Assembly: GCA_043763995.1 (NCBI GenBank) | Contig: JAYUKZ010000066.1 | Span: forward strand, 722-64,721 | Direction of reading: 5' to 3' | Length of the DNA stretch: 64,000 nt | From: Fibrella sp. | GTDB taxonomy: Bacteria > Bacteroidota > Bacteroidia > Cytophagales > Spirosomataceae | Shown here: positions 10,749-20,200 of the stretch, in pieces | Layout: every line of letters begins with the position of its first letter | Position numbering within the stretch: the first letter of the stretch is position 1 | Notes under the pieces: model-generated | The model's database searches: none | What the model saw: only the letters and a program-made list of their open reading frames with translations | Told to the model about the DNA's origin: nothing | Translations under genes and position numbers: made by a program

Positions 10749-10808
10749 GTTTTCCCCAGTTCTAAACCCCCGGTCTTCATCGGCCAGTTAGTCCCCACTC
10801 CTGAATTT

Positions 10809-11582
10809 ATGACCCTCACCCGTTGCATTGCTGTTAGCCTGTCGTTCTTCGTTTTTAGTGCCGGTTACACCGCCGCCCAAACCAAAAAAGCTGCCTCTGC
10901 TGCCCGTCCGGTGGCAAAACCCAAAGGGGTTGTGGTATCCACAGGTACGTCTGTTTTTGCCAATAGCCGCGACTCGCTTAGTTACAGCGTGGGCGTGAAT
11001 ATTGCCCAAAGTATGAAACAGCAGGGCATGATCGATATCAACACCAACCTGATGGCGCGGGGCGTGAGCGATGCGCTGAAAGGACAAACCTTGCTGTTGC
11101 CCGAAGCGCAGGTGCAGCAGATTATGATGGCCTATATGCAAAAGCAGCACTCAGCCAGGCAGGCCGAATCGGGAAAGGCGGCAGAAGGAAACAAGAAGAT
11201 CGGCGCGGCGTTTATGGCCGAAAACAAAACGAAGGCGGGTGTAAAAACCACTGCCAGCGGTCTGCAATATTTGGTTGAGAAAGAAGGTACCGGTGCTAAA
11301 CCCACCCCCACCGACCGGGTGAAAGTGCATTACACCGGAAAACTGCTCGATGGCAAAGAGTTCGACAGTTCGGTGCGGCGCGGTGCCCCCGCCGAATTTG
11401 GCGTGACGGAAGTAATTAAAGGCTGGACGGAAGTGTTACAACTGATGCCCGTAGGCTCGAAATGGAAGGTGTTTATCCTCTCGGATATTGCCTACGGCGA
11501 CCGGGGCATGGGCGGAGACATCGGCCCCGGTGCCACGCTCGTTTTTGATATTGAATTGCTGGATATTGTAAAAACCAACTAG
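10809..11582 (+). CDS. FKBP-type peptidyl-prolyl isomerase (Mip/FkpA-like)
   Basis: DSLSYSVG, SGLQY, VKVHYTGKLLDGKEFDSS, VIKGW, LVFDIELL. Confidence 0.95.
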   Translation: MTLTRCIAVSLSFFVFSAGYTAAQTKKAASAARPVAKPKGVVVSTGTSVFANSRDSLSYSVGVNIAQSMKQQGMIDINTNLMARGVSDALKGQTLLLPEAQVQQIMMAYMQKQHSARQAESGKAAEGNKKIGAAFMAENKTKAGVKTTASGLQYLVEKEGTGAKPTPTDRVKVHYTGKLLDGKEFDSSVRRGAPAEFGVTEVIKGWTEVLQLMPVGSKWKVFILSDIAYGDRGMGGDIGPGATLVFDIELLDIVKTN

Positions 11583-11592
11583 TGGCACACCA

Positions 11593-13677
11593 ATGAGACG
11601 ATACCTGATTACGCTGATCCCCGTGTTGCTGCTCGGCATGCAACCCGAATCGCCCCCGGCCACCGCCGCCGGGGCCAAACCAACGCCCGTCTGGAAACCC
11701 GCCGCCGACGACCTGAAACCTACCGTGACACAAGAGCGCGTTGAGCAGGCCGTGACGCAGCTACTGACCCGCTACCATTACCGCAAGGTGCGCCTCAGCG
11801 ATTCGCTCTCGGCGGTGGTGTGGGCCAATTACCTCAAAGAGATGGACCCCAGCAAGGTGTATTTCCTGGCAGCCGATATTGCCGGTTTCGAGAAATACAA
11901 AAACCAGATCGACGATGCGCTCGTGAATGGTGATCTGACCGCCGCGTTCGATATGTACAACGTGTTCCGAAAGCGGTTCATAGACCGGAATGAGTTCATC
12001 AAACAGACGATGAGTAAGCCGTTTTCTTTCTCTACCGATGAGAGTTATAACGTAGACCGGGAGAAGGCGCAGTGGCCCAAAAACGCCGACGAGCAGAACG
12101 ATATTTGGCGCAAAATGCTGAAAAATCAGGCACTGGAGCTAAAACTGGCCGGTAAGGCCGATACCGCCGTGACCACGCTGATGAACAGCCGCTACAAAAA
12201 TCTGGGCCGGAATATGGGCCGGATCAAGAGTGATGACGTGTTTCAGTGGTACATGAATGCCTTTGGCGAAGCTCTCGACCCGCACACTACGTACTTTGCG
12301 CCGCGCAACTCCGACCGGTTCAACGAGGAAATGAGTCAGTCGTTGGAGGGCATTGGGGCGCGGTTGCAGGAAGACGGTGAGTACATAAAAATTACGGAAC
12401 TGGTGCCGGGCGGACCCGCTTTCCGCAGCAAACAATTTACCGCCGGTGATAAAATTATTGGCGTGGCGCAGGGCGAAACCGGCGCGTTGGTAAGTGTAAT
12501 CGGGATGCAGGTAGACGATGCTGTTAAACTCATCAAAGGCCCCAAAGGCACCGTGGTACGGCTTCAGATTAAAGGGGCAACGGCCCTGGCTTCCGACGTA
12601 CCCAAAGAAATCAGGATCGTGCGCGAGAAGATTAAGCTGGAAGAACAACGGGCGCACAAAGAGGTGATCGACCTTGTGGAAGAAGGCCGACCCTACAAAC
12701 TGGGTGTGGTGATTATTCCGCTCTTCTACCGCGACTTTGAGAGTGCCCGCCGCCGCGAAGCTGACGTGTCGAGCACCACCACCGATGTGCGCAACCTGCT
12801 CGATTCGTTGAAACAGCAAAAGGTAGATGGTATCGTGATTGACCTGCGGAGCAACGGCGGCGGGTCGTTGCTGGAGGCCATCAACCTCACGGGGTTGTTT
12901 ATCCAGAAAGGCCCCGTTGTCCAGGTACGTGATTCAGGGGGCGACACCGAGGTGATGTCCGATAATGACCCGTCTGTTACGTATGATGGCCCGTTGGCAG
13001 TGCTGGTTGACCGGTTTAGCGCGTCGGCTTCCGAAATTTTCGCCGCCGCCATTCAGGATTACCGCCGGGGTCTTATTGTGGGGGGGCAAACTTTCGGCAA
13101 AGGCACCGTGCAGCAGCTTATTGACCTGAACAACATGTTGCCCAAAGAGCAGGATAAAGTGGGGCAAGTGAAAATGACTACGCAAAAGTTCTACCGCATC
13201 AATGGTAGCAGTACCCAACACAAAGGCGTAACGCCTGATATTCAGTTTCCGTCGCGGTTTTCGGCGGAAGATTACGGCGAAAGCTCACAGCCGAGTGCCC
13301 TACCCTGGGATCAAATTCCGGCCACCCGGTTCGATATGACTGCGTTTATCACGGATAAACTTACCGCCCGGCTTCGCGAAAAATATGAGCAACGCCTCAA
13401 AACCGATGCCGATCTGAAACGGGAAGCACAAGCCGTGGCCGACTTCAAAAAGGCAAAAGAGAACACCACGGTGTCGTTGCTGGAGACCAAAAGGCGGAAA
13501 GAAAAAGGGGAGGCTGAGACCAAAACAGCACTATTGGAAAAGACCACAACCTTGCCTGATGGCCCCGATGCGGCAAAGGCCAAGAAAAAGAAAGACACGT
13601 ACCTGACGGAAACTGGTCGGATTTTGGCCGATATGATTTCGGTTCAGAACAAACCCAAGCTTACCAGCAACAACTGA
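11593..13677 (+). CDS. prc: Carboxy-terminal processing (tail-specific) protease
   Basis: LDPHTTYF, GIGARL, PDZ region, IDLRSNGGGSL, SASASEIFAAAIQDY, FGKGTVQ. Confidence 0.92.
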   Translation: MRRYLITLIPVLLLGMQPESPPATAAGAKPTPVWKPAADDLKPTVTQERVEQAVTQLLTRYHYRKVRLSDSLSAVVWANYLKEMDPSKVYFLAADIAGFEKYKNQIDDALVNGDLTAAFDMYNVFRKRFIDRNEFIKQTMSKPFSFSTDESYNVDREKAQWPKNADEQNDIWRKMLKNQALELKLAGKADTAVTTLMNSRYKNLGRNMGRIKSDDVFQWYMNAFGEALDPHTTYFAPRNSDRFNEEMSQSLEGIGARLQEDGEYIKITELVPGGPAFRSKQFTAGDKIIGVAQGETGALVSVIGMQVDDAVKLIKGPKGTVVRLQIKGATALASDVPKEIRIVREKIKLEEQRAHKEVIDLVEEGRPYKLGVVIIPLFYRDFESARRREADVSSTTTDVRNLLDSLKQQKVDGIVIDLRSNGGGSLLEAINLTGLFIQKGPVVQVRDSGGDTEVMSDNDPSVTYDGPLAVLVDRFSASASEIFAAAIQDYRRGLIVGGQTFGKGTVQQLIDLNNMLPKEQDKVGQVKMTTQKFYRINGSSTQHKGVTPDIQFPSRFSAEDYGESSQPSALPWDQIPATRFDMTAFITDKLTARLREKYEQRLKTDADLKREAQAVADFKKAKENTTVSLLETKRRKEKGEAETKTALLEKTTTLPDGPDAAKAKKKKDTYLTETGRILADMISVQNKPKLTSNN

Positions 13678-13680
13678 GAA

Positions 13681-13733
13681 AATTTGGGATTGTGGATCTC
13701 GGATCGGTGCGCCGATGCGATGGGATTTGATTT
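13681..13733. repeat. Heptamer short tandem repeat
   Basis: aatttgg gattgtg gatctcg gatcgg ... gggatttgattt, same family as 10.66 kb, 25.2 kb and 62.8 kb. Confidence 0.55.
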
Positions 13734-13778
13734 CAGCTGGTTACTCCGAAACAGTATTCTCTGGCTGTGTTGCCAGGG

Positions 13779-13830
13779 GCCAAAAACAACGAAAACCAGG
13801 TCTTGCGGCCCGGTTTTCGTTGTTTTTGGC
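13779..13830. repeat. 19-bp perfect inverted repeat
   Basis: gccaaaaacaacgaaaacc / ggttttcgttgtttttggc. Confidence 0.8.
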
Positions 13831-13844
13831 AAAGTCTGGCGCAC

Positions 13845-13873
13845 AAAAAAGCCCCTCGGTTGCGAGGGGCTTT
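13845..13873 (-). terminator. Rho-independent terminator for the small lipoprotein gene
   Basis: aaaaaagcccctc-ggttgc-gaggggcttt; U tract on the minus strand. Confidence 0.75.
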
Positions 13874-13892
13874 CTGTAAGCGTTGTCGGCCC

Positions 13893-14114
13893 TTAGTTGG
13901 CTGACGTTGAAGCCGTAGTGGTAGACGTTACGGTCGTTGACTCAGGGGCCATCATGGTGGTGTCCGTAGCCATGCTGCTAGCAGCGGTGTCGGTCATCAT
14001 CGTTGATGTTGAGTCAGTGGTGGTGGTAGTCGTCTCGGTTTTCTTTGACTCACAAGCCGTTGCCAGTGAAACAATCGAGAGAACAAACAGAGCTGATTTT
14101 ACGAAGCCTTTCAT
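13893..14114 (-). CDS. Small Thr/Ser-rich lipoprotein
   Basis: Signal peptide with lipobox LATAC followed by a low-complexity T/S tail. Confidence 0.75.
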   Translation of the reverse strand: MKGFVKSALFVLSIVSLATACESKKTETTTTTTDSTSTMMTDTAASSMATDTTMMAPESTTVTSTTTASTSAN

Positions 14115-14258
14115 GATCTTATGTGTTTAAGTGTTAATGGTTAACTTTCCATTTCTTAATACGATAGACTACGGGAGGTAACCCACCCAACGGAAATATT
14201 TTTCACTTTTTTTTGGGTTACCTCTTCCCGGTGGCCGTATTAACTTTCGTTCAGTGCT

Positions 14259-14846
14259 ATGAGAGATACAGTGCCAACACTGACCACCGACGAGACGTTG
14301 TTGTTGGGCCTTGCCGAAGGCTCAGATCAGGCCCTTACCAGGCTTTACCAACTACATTACCCGATGGTGTTGCACCTGGTGGTGAACAACAGCGGCTCTA
14401 CCGACGACGCAAAAGACATTTATCAGGAAACCCTGATTGTACTGTTTGAAAAGGTATCTGCGGGCGATTTTGAGTTGAATTGCCAGTTGAAAACCTTTCT
14501 CTACGCCGTGGCGAAGCGGTTATGGTTGAAACAGTTGACCCGGCGGGGGCGGTCGCCGCTGATTCGGGCCACGCAGTTTGAAGAAGAACCGGCTGATGCC
14601 GTGGCTGATGATCTGGCTGATCATTTGCGGCGCGATCAGCAGTTTGACCAAATGGCCGAATCCTTGACCCGGCTGGGTGAACCCTGCCGGACGTTGCTGG
14701 AAGATTTTTACATCCGTCACTTGTCAATGCAGGGCATCACGGAGAAATTTGGGTATACCAACACCGATAACGCCAAGACGCAGAAGTATAAGTGTCTGGC
14801 TCGGCTAAGGAAATTATTTTTTGCCGATTATAAAGACAACGACTAA
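14259..14846 (+). CDS. ECF RNA polymerase sigma factor
   Basis: DAKDIYQETLIVL, TFLYAVAKRLWLKQL, LGEPCRTLLEDFY, AKTQKYKCLARLRK. Confidence 0.92.
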   Translation: MRDTVPTLTTDETLLLGLAEGSDQALTRLYQLHYPMVLHLVVNNSGSTDDAKDIYQETLIVLFEKVSAGDFELNCQLKTFLYAVAKRLWLKQLTRRGRSPLIRATQFEEEPADAVADDLADHLRRDQQFDQMAESLTRLGEPCRTLLEDFYIRHLSMQGITEKFGYTNTDNAKTQKYKCLARLRKLFFADYKDND

Positions 14847-14849
14847 CGT

Positions 14850-15848
14850 ATGGAAACTGGATCGAAACAACCCATTGAATTAATTCTGGCCGCTTATGGC
14901 CGGAGGCTGACCTTTCGGGAGAAGCTGACGCAGGTTCATCAGACGCTGGAGGCTGAGGGGCAGCTTACGCCTAACGCGGTGGAAGCCAGCACTCAGGTAC
15001 GTGCCTGGTGGCAAACGCACCGGCCCACGTTGGCCATTGCAGCGGCGGTAGCCATCCTGAGTACGATGGCCACGATGATTTTGTACCGGTCGTACCAGAA
15101 CAGTCATAAACAGGATCAACAATATGGTATGATGATGCGGAACCTGGCGGTGCTTCAGCAAACCCAAACCAAACTGCTCAACAACATCAGCGGGCGGGGG
15201 CGTGTGTTCCAGCAAAACCCCGGTCAGGTGGCGGGTTCGGGCTTTTTGCTTACCGCTTCGGGCTATTTAATTACCAATAATCATATCATTCAGGGGGCCG
15301 ACTCGGTGTACGTGCAGAGCCAACAGGGTGAGGTCTACAAAGCCCGGCTGGTACACACCGATCCCCAACATGACCTGGCCATTCTGACCATCGGGCAGGA
15401 TACGGCTTTTCATCCGCTGCCGCCTGTGCCTTACAGTTTCGAGGCGCGGCCCTCTGACCTGGGCGAGCGAGTGTTCACGCTGGGCTACCCCCGCGAAGAG
15501 ATCGTGTATGGCGAGGGCTACCTCAGTTCGGGCACCGGTTTCCGGGGCGATTCGGCGGCCTACCAGGTGGCCATCAGCGTGAACCCCGGCAATTCGGGCG
15601 GGCCGTTGCTCGACGAGCGGGGCAACGTAATCGGTATTATCACGGCCAAGCAAACCACTTCAGAAGGGGCCACGTTTGCTGTGAAGACCAACATTTTGCT
15701 CAACGCCTTGCTCTCTGTCTCACCCGATTCGCTTCGGGGGCAGGTGTTGGCCTTAAACCGGCGCAACCGCATGGCCCGGCTGTCGCGCAAGCAGCAGGTT
15801 AAGCAAATGCAAGCCTACGTGTACCAGGTGAAGGTGTTCAAGCACTAA
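14850..15848 (+). CDS. Single-TM S1C trypsin-like serine protease in anti-sigma position
   Basis: TM LAIAAAVAILS; GSGFLL, TNNHII (His), DLAIL (Asp), NPGNSGGPL (Ser); no PDZ domain. Confidence 0.88.
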   Translation: METGSKQPIELILAAYGRRLTFREKLTQVHQTLEAEGQLTPNAVEASTQVRAWWQTHRPTLAIAAAVAILSTMATMILYRSYQNSHKQDQQYGMMMRNLAVLQQTQTKLLNNISGRGRVFQQNPGQVAGSGFLLTASGYLITNNHIIQGADSVYVQSQQGEVYKARLVHTDPQHDLAILTIGQDTAFHPLPPVPYSFEARPSDLGERVFTLGYPREEIVYGEGYLSSGTGFRGDSAAYQVAISVNPGNSGGPLLDERGNVIGIITAKQTTSEGATFAVKTNILLNALLSVSPDSLRGQVLALNRRNRMARLSRKQQVKQMQAYVYQVKVFKH

Positions 15849-15855
15849 CTCCGGC

Positions 15856-17061
15856 TCATTCTTCTTCGCTGTTGTTCAGTTTACTCAACAGACTATACCC
15901 CCCGTTGAGCACGACGGGGGTTTTTTGTGGGTCAATAGTCGGCGGGAGGCTTACGCCAACGTACCCAGCCTCGCGAACGCCCGTTTGCACTTCCACTTGT
16001 CGAAACTGGTAGGTAACGGGTGTTCCCTGTTTCGATTCCAGCACGTAGAGGTAGTTTTTACCCCCGAAACCAACAATGGCCGTTTCGGGCAGACTGCTGA
16101 CCGGGCGCGTTTTCAGGCTGATTTGCGCCGCCACGTACCCACCGGGGATAAACACCGGCTTTATCTCGTCGGGGTGGGCCAATACGGGGATGGTGCGGTC
16201 GGAGGATAGGCTTTTGCCGATCAGAAAAATGGTGGCGCGGTGGGGCATGGCCGCGTCGTTGCCCAACCCAAACCGAATGGTCTGCCCCGTCCGAATGTCA
16301 TCGATGTCTTTCTCGAAAATATTTAGCCGCACATGCAGGTGTTCCATATTGGTGATTTCGGCCAGCACGTCGGCGGGGGTAACAAAGCGGCCCCGGTTCA
16401 CGGGCACGCTGGTGATGTAGCCGCTGGTAGGGGCGGGCACGGTGATGGTACGCGTGAGGCGGGCGGGCGTGAGGCGGGCGGGGTCAATGCGCAGCATGGC
16501 TAGCCGTTGGGCGGCGGCAGCGAGTTGCGCCTGTAAACTTTGGCGGCTGGCCGTGGTTTGCTGAAACACTTTCAATGCCCCCACATTGTCGCGGCTCAGT
16601 TCCTGTTGACGGGCAAAATCCAGGTCGGCGTAGGTGAGTTTGGCTTTGATGTCCAGGTAGTCTTGCTGAAGCTGGATGTAATCGGGGTTTTCCAGCACCA
16701 CCAGGGGTTGGCCTTTGCGCACCCGTTGCCCCGGTTCCAGCGAAATTTGGCGGATATACCCCCCGAACGGTACCGTGACCGACACTAGGTTGGACGCAGG
16801 TACGTCTATTTGGCCGTTAACTTTCAGGGTTGTGCTCAGGGTGCGGGTGGTGGGTTGTCCCAGTTCGATGTTGGCCATGCGGTACTGTGCCGCCGTAAGC
16901 GACACCTCCACAACGCCGGGTTTAGCGGCGGCTTCGCCCGCCTCTTTTTCGGGGCTGGTGGTGGTAGAAATGTCTGCCTTTTTTTCAGACGAACAGGCCG
17001 AAACGGCCAGAAGGAAAGCGACGAAAAAGCCGTTTTTGATTGAATAGGATGCTATTTTCAT
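15856..17061 (-). CDS. RND efflux periplasmic adaptor (CzcB/CusB-like lipoprotein)
   Basis: Lipobox AVSAC, biotinyl-lipoyl halves (PFGGYI..LEPGQRVRKGQPL; APTSGYI), LQQDYL helix. Confidence 0.9.
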   Translation of the reverse strand: MKIASYSIKNGFFVAFLLAVSACSSEKKADISTTTSPEKEAGEAAAKPGVVEVSLTAAQYRMANIELGQPTTRTLSTTLKVNGQIDVPASNLVSVTVPFGGYIRQISLEPGQRVRKGQPLVVLENPDYIQLQQDYLDIKAKLTYADLDFARQQELSRDNVGALKVFQQTTASRQSLQAQLAAAAQRLAMLRIDPARLTPARLTRTITVPAPTSGYITSVPVNRGRFVTPADVLAEITNMEHLHVRLNIFEKDIDDIRTGQTIRFGLGNDAAMPHRATIFLIGKSLSSDRTIPVLAHPDEIKPVFIPGGYVAAQISLKTRPVSSLPETAIVGFGGKNYLYVLESKQGTPVTYQFRQVEVQTGVREAGYVGVSLPPTIDPQKTPVVLNGGYSLLSKLNNSEEE

Positions 17062-17096
17062 GTCAAATACTGAAACAAAAGTGTAGTATTTTTTTG

Positions 17097-17226
17097 CTCG
17101 GCCTAACCCCCAAACCCGGACGCGGGACCGCCCCTGAAGGGGGCTTTTGCTTGCGCAAGCGTACCTCTCTCGGAGCAAAAGCCCCCTTCAGGGGCGGTCC
17201 CGCGTCCGGGTTGGGGTCAGGCCGAG
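17097..17226. repeat. Long palindromic REP/MITE-like element, copy 1
   Basis: ~54-bp near-perfect arms ctcggc...cccctgaagggggcttttgc / gcaaaagcccccttcagggg...gccgag. Confidence 0.85.
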
Positions 17227-17255
17227 AATTTACGAGAATAATCATACTGACCGAC

Positions 17256-20200
17256 TTACGGATTACCCAGTAGATAAGTCAGAAAAAGGACGGCTTGGTT
17301 GTGTTGGTTTACCAGGTCCAGGTACGTTGCCCGGATGGTGAGGGCTTGCTGGATGGCCAGCGAAAATTCGACGTAGCCAATGTCGCCGCTCCTGAATGCC
17401 TGCCGCGCACTGGCCTGGATGATGTCCGCCTGGGTTAGCCCCGTTTGTTCGTAGGCAGACAGAGCGGCGGCAAATTGGCGGTACTGGCCCAGGGCCTGTT
17501 GTTGCTGTTGGGCCAGGGCAAAAAAGCCTGTTTGTCGTTCGGTTTGGGCCAATTGCTCGCCCACGCGGGCAGCCTCGATACGCGCTTTCTGGGCTTTGCC
17601 GAAGAGCGGGAACGTGGCTCCAACCTGCCCGCCGAAAAACCGGTAGCCCGCCCCGAAAAAGATTTCCTGCCCATTGATAAACTGGTTGCCGATGAGCGTT
17701 TGCGAAAAAATGCCGACTAGAAAATCGGGCCGGAGGCGGGCTTGCTCTACCACGCGGGTCTGTTCGGCCACCTGCGTTTGGGCTTCCAGCACACGTACCT
17801 GCGGGTGGTTAGCGGGGGCCAAAAATAGGCTATCGGCCAGAAGCGGCGCGAGTAAGGGGCGCAGGGGCTGGTTGGGCAAGGGTAAATCGGCGGGGCTGTT
17901 GAGCAGGGTTTTCAGCCGAATTTGTGCTGCCAGAAGTGCCGCGTCGAGTTGAGCCAGCCGCACCTGCTGGTCGGCGCGTTGGCTTTGGGCGGTGGCTTTT
18001 TCCAGGTTGCCGGTCTCGCCGGTCTTAAAGCGGAGCGTTGCCGCCTGCACAAATTCGAGCAAAAGTGTGTCTTGTTGGCGGAACAATTGCTGCCGTTGCA
18101 GCAGGTACAGCAGGTCGTAGTAGGCCGATTTCACTTCGTAACGTACCTGGCTGCGGGTGAGGGCCAACGTAGCTTCGCGGCTGGCCACGGCGCGGGTGTT
18201 CAGGGTTTGCAAACGGCGGGTCAGGGTGGGGTTGGGCAGGGTGTGGGTCAGGGTCAGGTTGTTGTCGAACCGGCGGCTGTTATACTGCCCTCCCAGGAGG
18301 GATATTCCCAGCCGCCCGGCCTCGAACGCAGTGGGTCGCAGGGCTTGTTGCTGCGCCACGCCCAGGCTACCCAGCAGCAGTTGCGGGTTACGGGCATCGG
18401 CCTGTTGCAGGGCTTTTTCTAACGTAAACGCCTGTTTTTGACTGCTTTGTGCGTTGACTTTTAAACTGCCCATAGCTAACAAAAACAGCAGCGTAGCAGC
18501 CGCAACACCCGGTTTTGCCTTCGTCTCCTGCGCTTCGTCTGCCATGGCTTTTCGCTCGAAGAGCGAATATAAGATGGGCAATACAAGCAGGGTGAGCAGC
18601 GTGGCCGAGAGTAACCCGCCAATGACCACGGTGGCCAATGGTTTCTGCACTTCGGCCCCCGCCGAGTTGGAAAGGGCCATTGGAATAAACCCAAACGAGG
18701 CCACCAACGCCGTCATAATCACGGGGCGCAACCGGATTTCGGACCCCTGCCGGATAATTTCGGTCAGGTCGGTAAGGCCCTCTTCGTGGCGGAGGCGGTT
18801 GTATTCGGCAATGAGCACAATGCCGTTGAGCACCGCCACCCCAAAAAGCGCAATGAACCCCACGCCCGCCGAAATGCTGAAGGGCATACCCCGCAGTTGC
18901 AACGCAAACACCCCGCCAATGGCCGCCAGCGGAATGGCCATAAAAATCATCAGGCTTTGCCGAACGGAGTTGAAGGTGAAGAACAACAACGCAAAAATCA
19001 GCCCCAGGGCCAGCGGCACGGCTACCATCAGCCGCTGCCGGGCATCGACCAGGTTCTGAAACGTGCCGCCATAGGTGACGGAATAGCCCGGCGGAAACTT
19101 GATTTGGGCTTGTACTTTCTGCTGTAATTCGGTCACGATGCTCTCCACGTCGCGCCCGCCGCGCACGTTGAACCCCAGCGTAATACGGCGGTGGGTTTGA
19201 TCGCGCTGAATCTGGTTGGGGGCCTGTTCAAGGGTCACGGTGGCCAGTTGCGCCAACGGAATCTGCTGTGTTGGCCCGCCCGTGGCGTTGGGAACGGCTA
19301 CCAGCAGGTTCTGTATATCCTCTACCGACTGGCGTTTATTTTCTGCCAGACGCAGCACCAGGTCGTAGCGTTTTTCGCCCTCATAGACCGACCCCGCCGT
19401 TTGCCCCGCAAAGGCGGTGTTTATCGTTTGATTTATATCCGTAACGTTCAGACCAAACTTGGCAATGGCGTTGCGGTCGAGCCGAATCATGATTTGGGCC
19501 AGCCCGCTTACCTGTTCTACGTACAGGTCGGACGTACCGTCGATTTTGCGGGCCAACGCCCCGATTCGGTTGGCTAGTTTGGTGAGTTCGGCTAGGTCTT
19601 CCCCGTAAATTTTCAGGGCCACGTCCTGCCGGGAGCCGGTCATGAGTTCGTTGAACCGCATCTGTACGGGTTGCTGAATGCCAAACGTCACGCCGGGGAT
19701 GGCCGCGAGGGCTTCGCTCATCTTTTCGGCCAGTTCGTTGCGGGTTGTGGCCGATGTCCACTGGTCGCGGGGTTTCAGGATCACCATCATGTCGGCGGCT
19801 TCAATGGGCATGGGGTCGGTGGGAATTTCGCCCGAACCAATTTTGGCCACCACCTGCTCCACTTCGGGAAACTGCGCCAGCAGCACCCGTTCGCCTTTCA
19901 GGGTAGCATCCACGGTTTCGCTGAGCGAACTGCCCGTAAGGGCACGGGTATCGATGGCGAAATCACCTTCGTCCAGTTGAGGGATAAATTCGCCGCCCAG
20001 GCGCGAAAATGTGAACAACGCCGCCCCCAGTAGCAGCAGGGCCACGCCCAAAACCAGTACCCGGTGCTTCAGCGAACGCAGCAGAAGGGGTTCGTAAATC
20101 CGAAAAATATGGCGCATCAGTTTGTCGGAAAAAGACGCTTTGTGCTCTATTTTTTTGCTCAAAAACAGGGCAGAAACCATAGGTACGTAGGTTAGCGACA

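Noticed and set aside
10659-10808. N-terminal extension of the FKBP ORF
   Set aside because: It translates the heptamer repeat region; the signal peptide begins at ATG 10809.
17062-17178. N-terminal extension of the RND adaptor, and short ORFs at 17040-17341
   Set aside because: These are read-through of the palindromic repeat; the lipoprotein signal starts at 17061.
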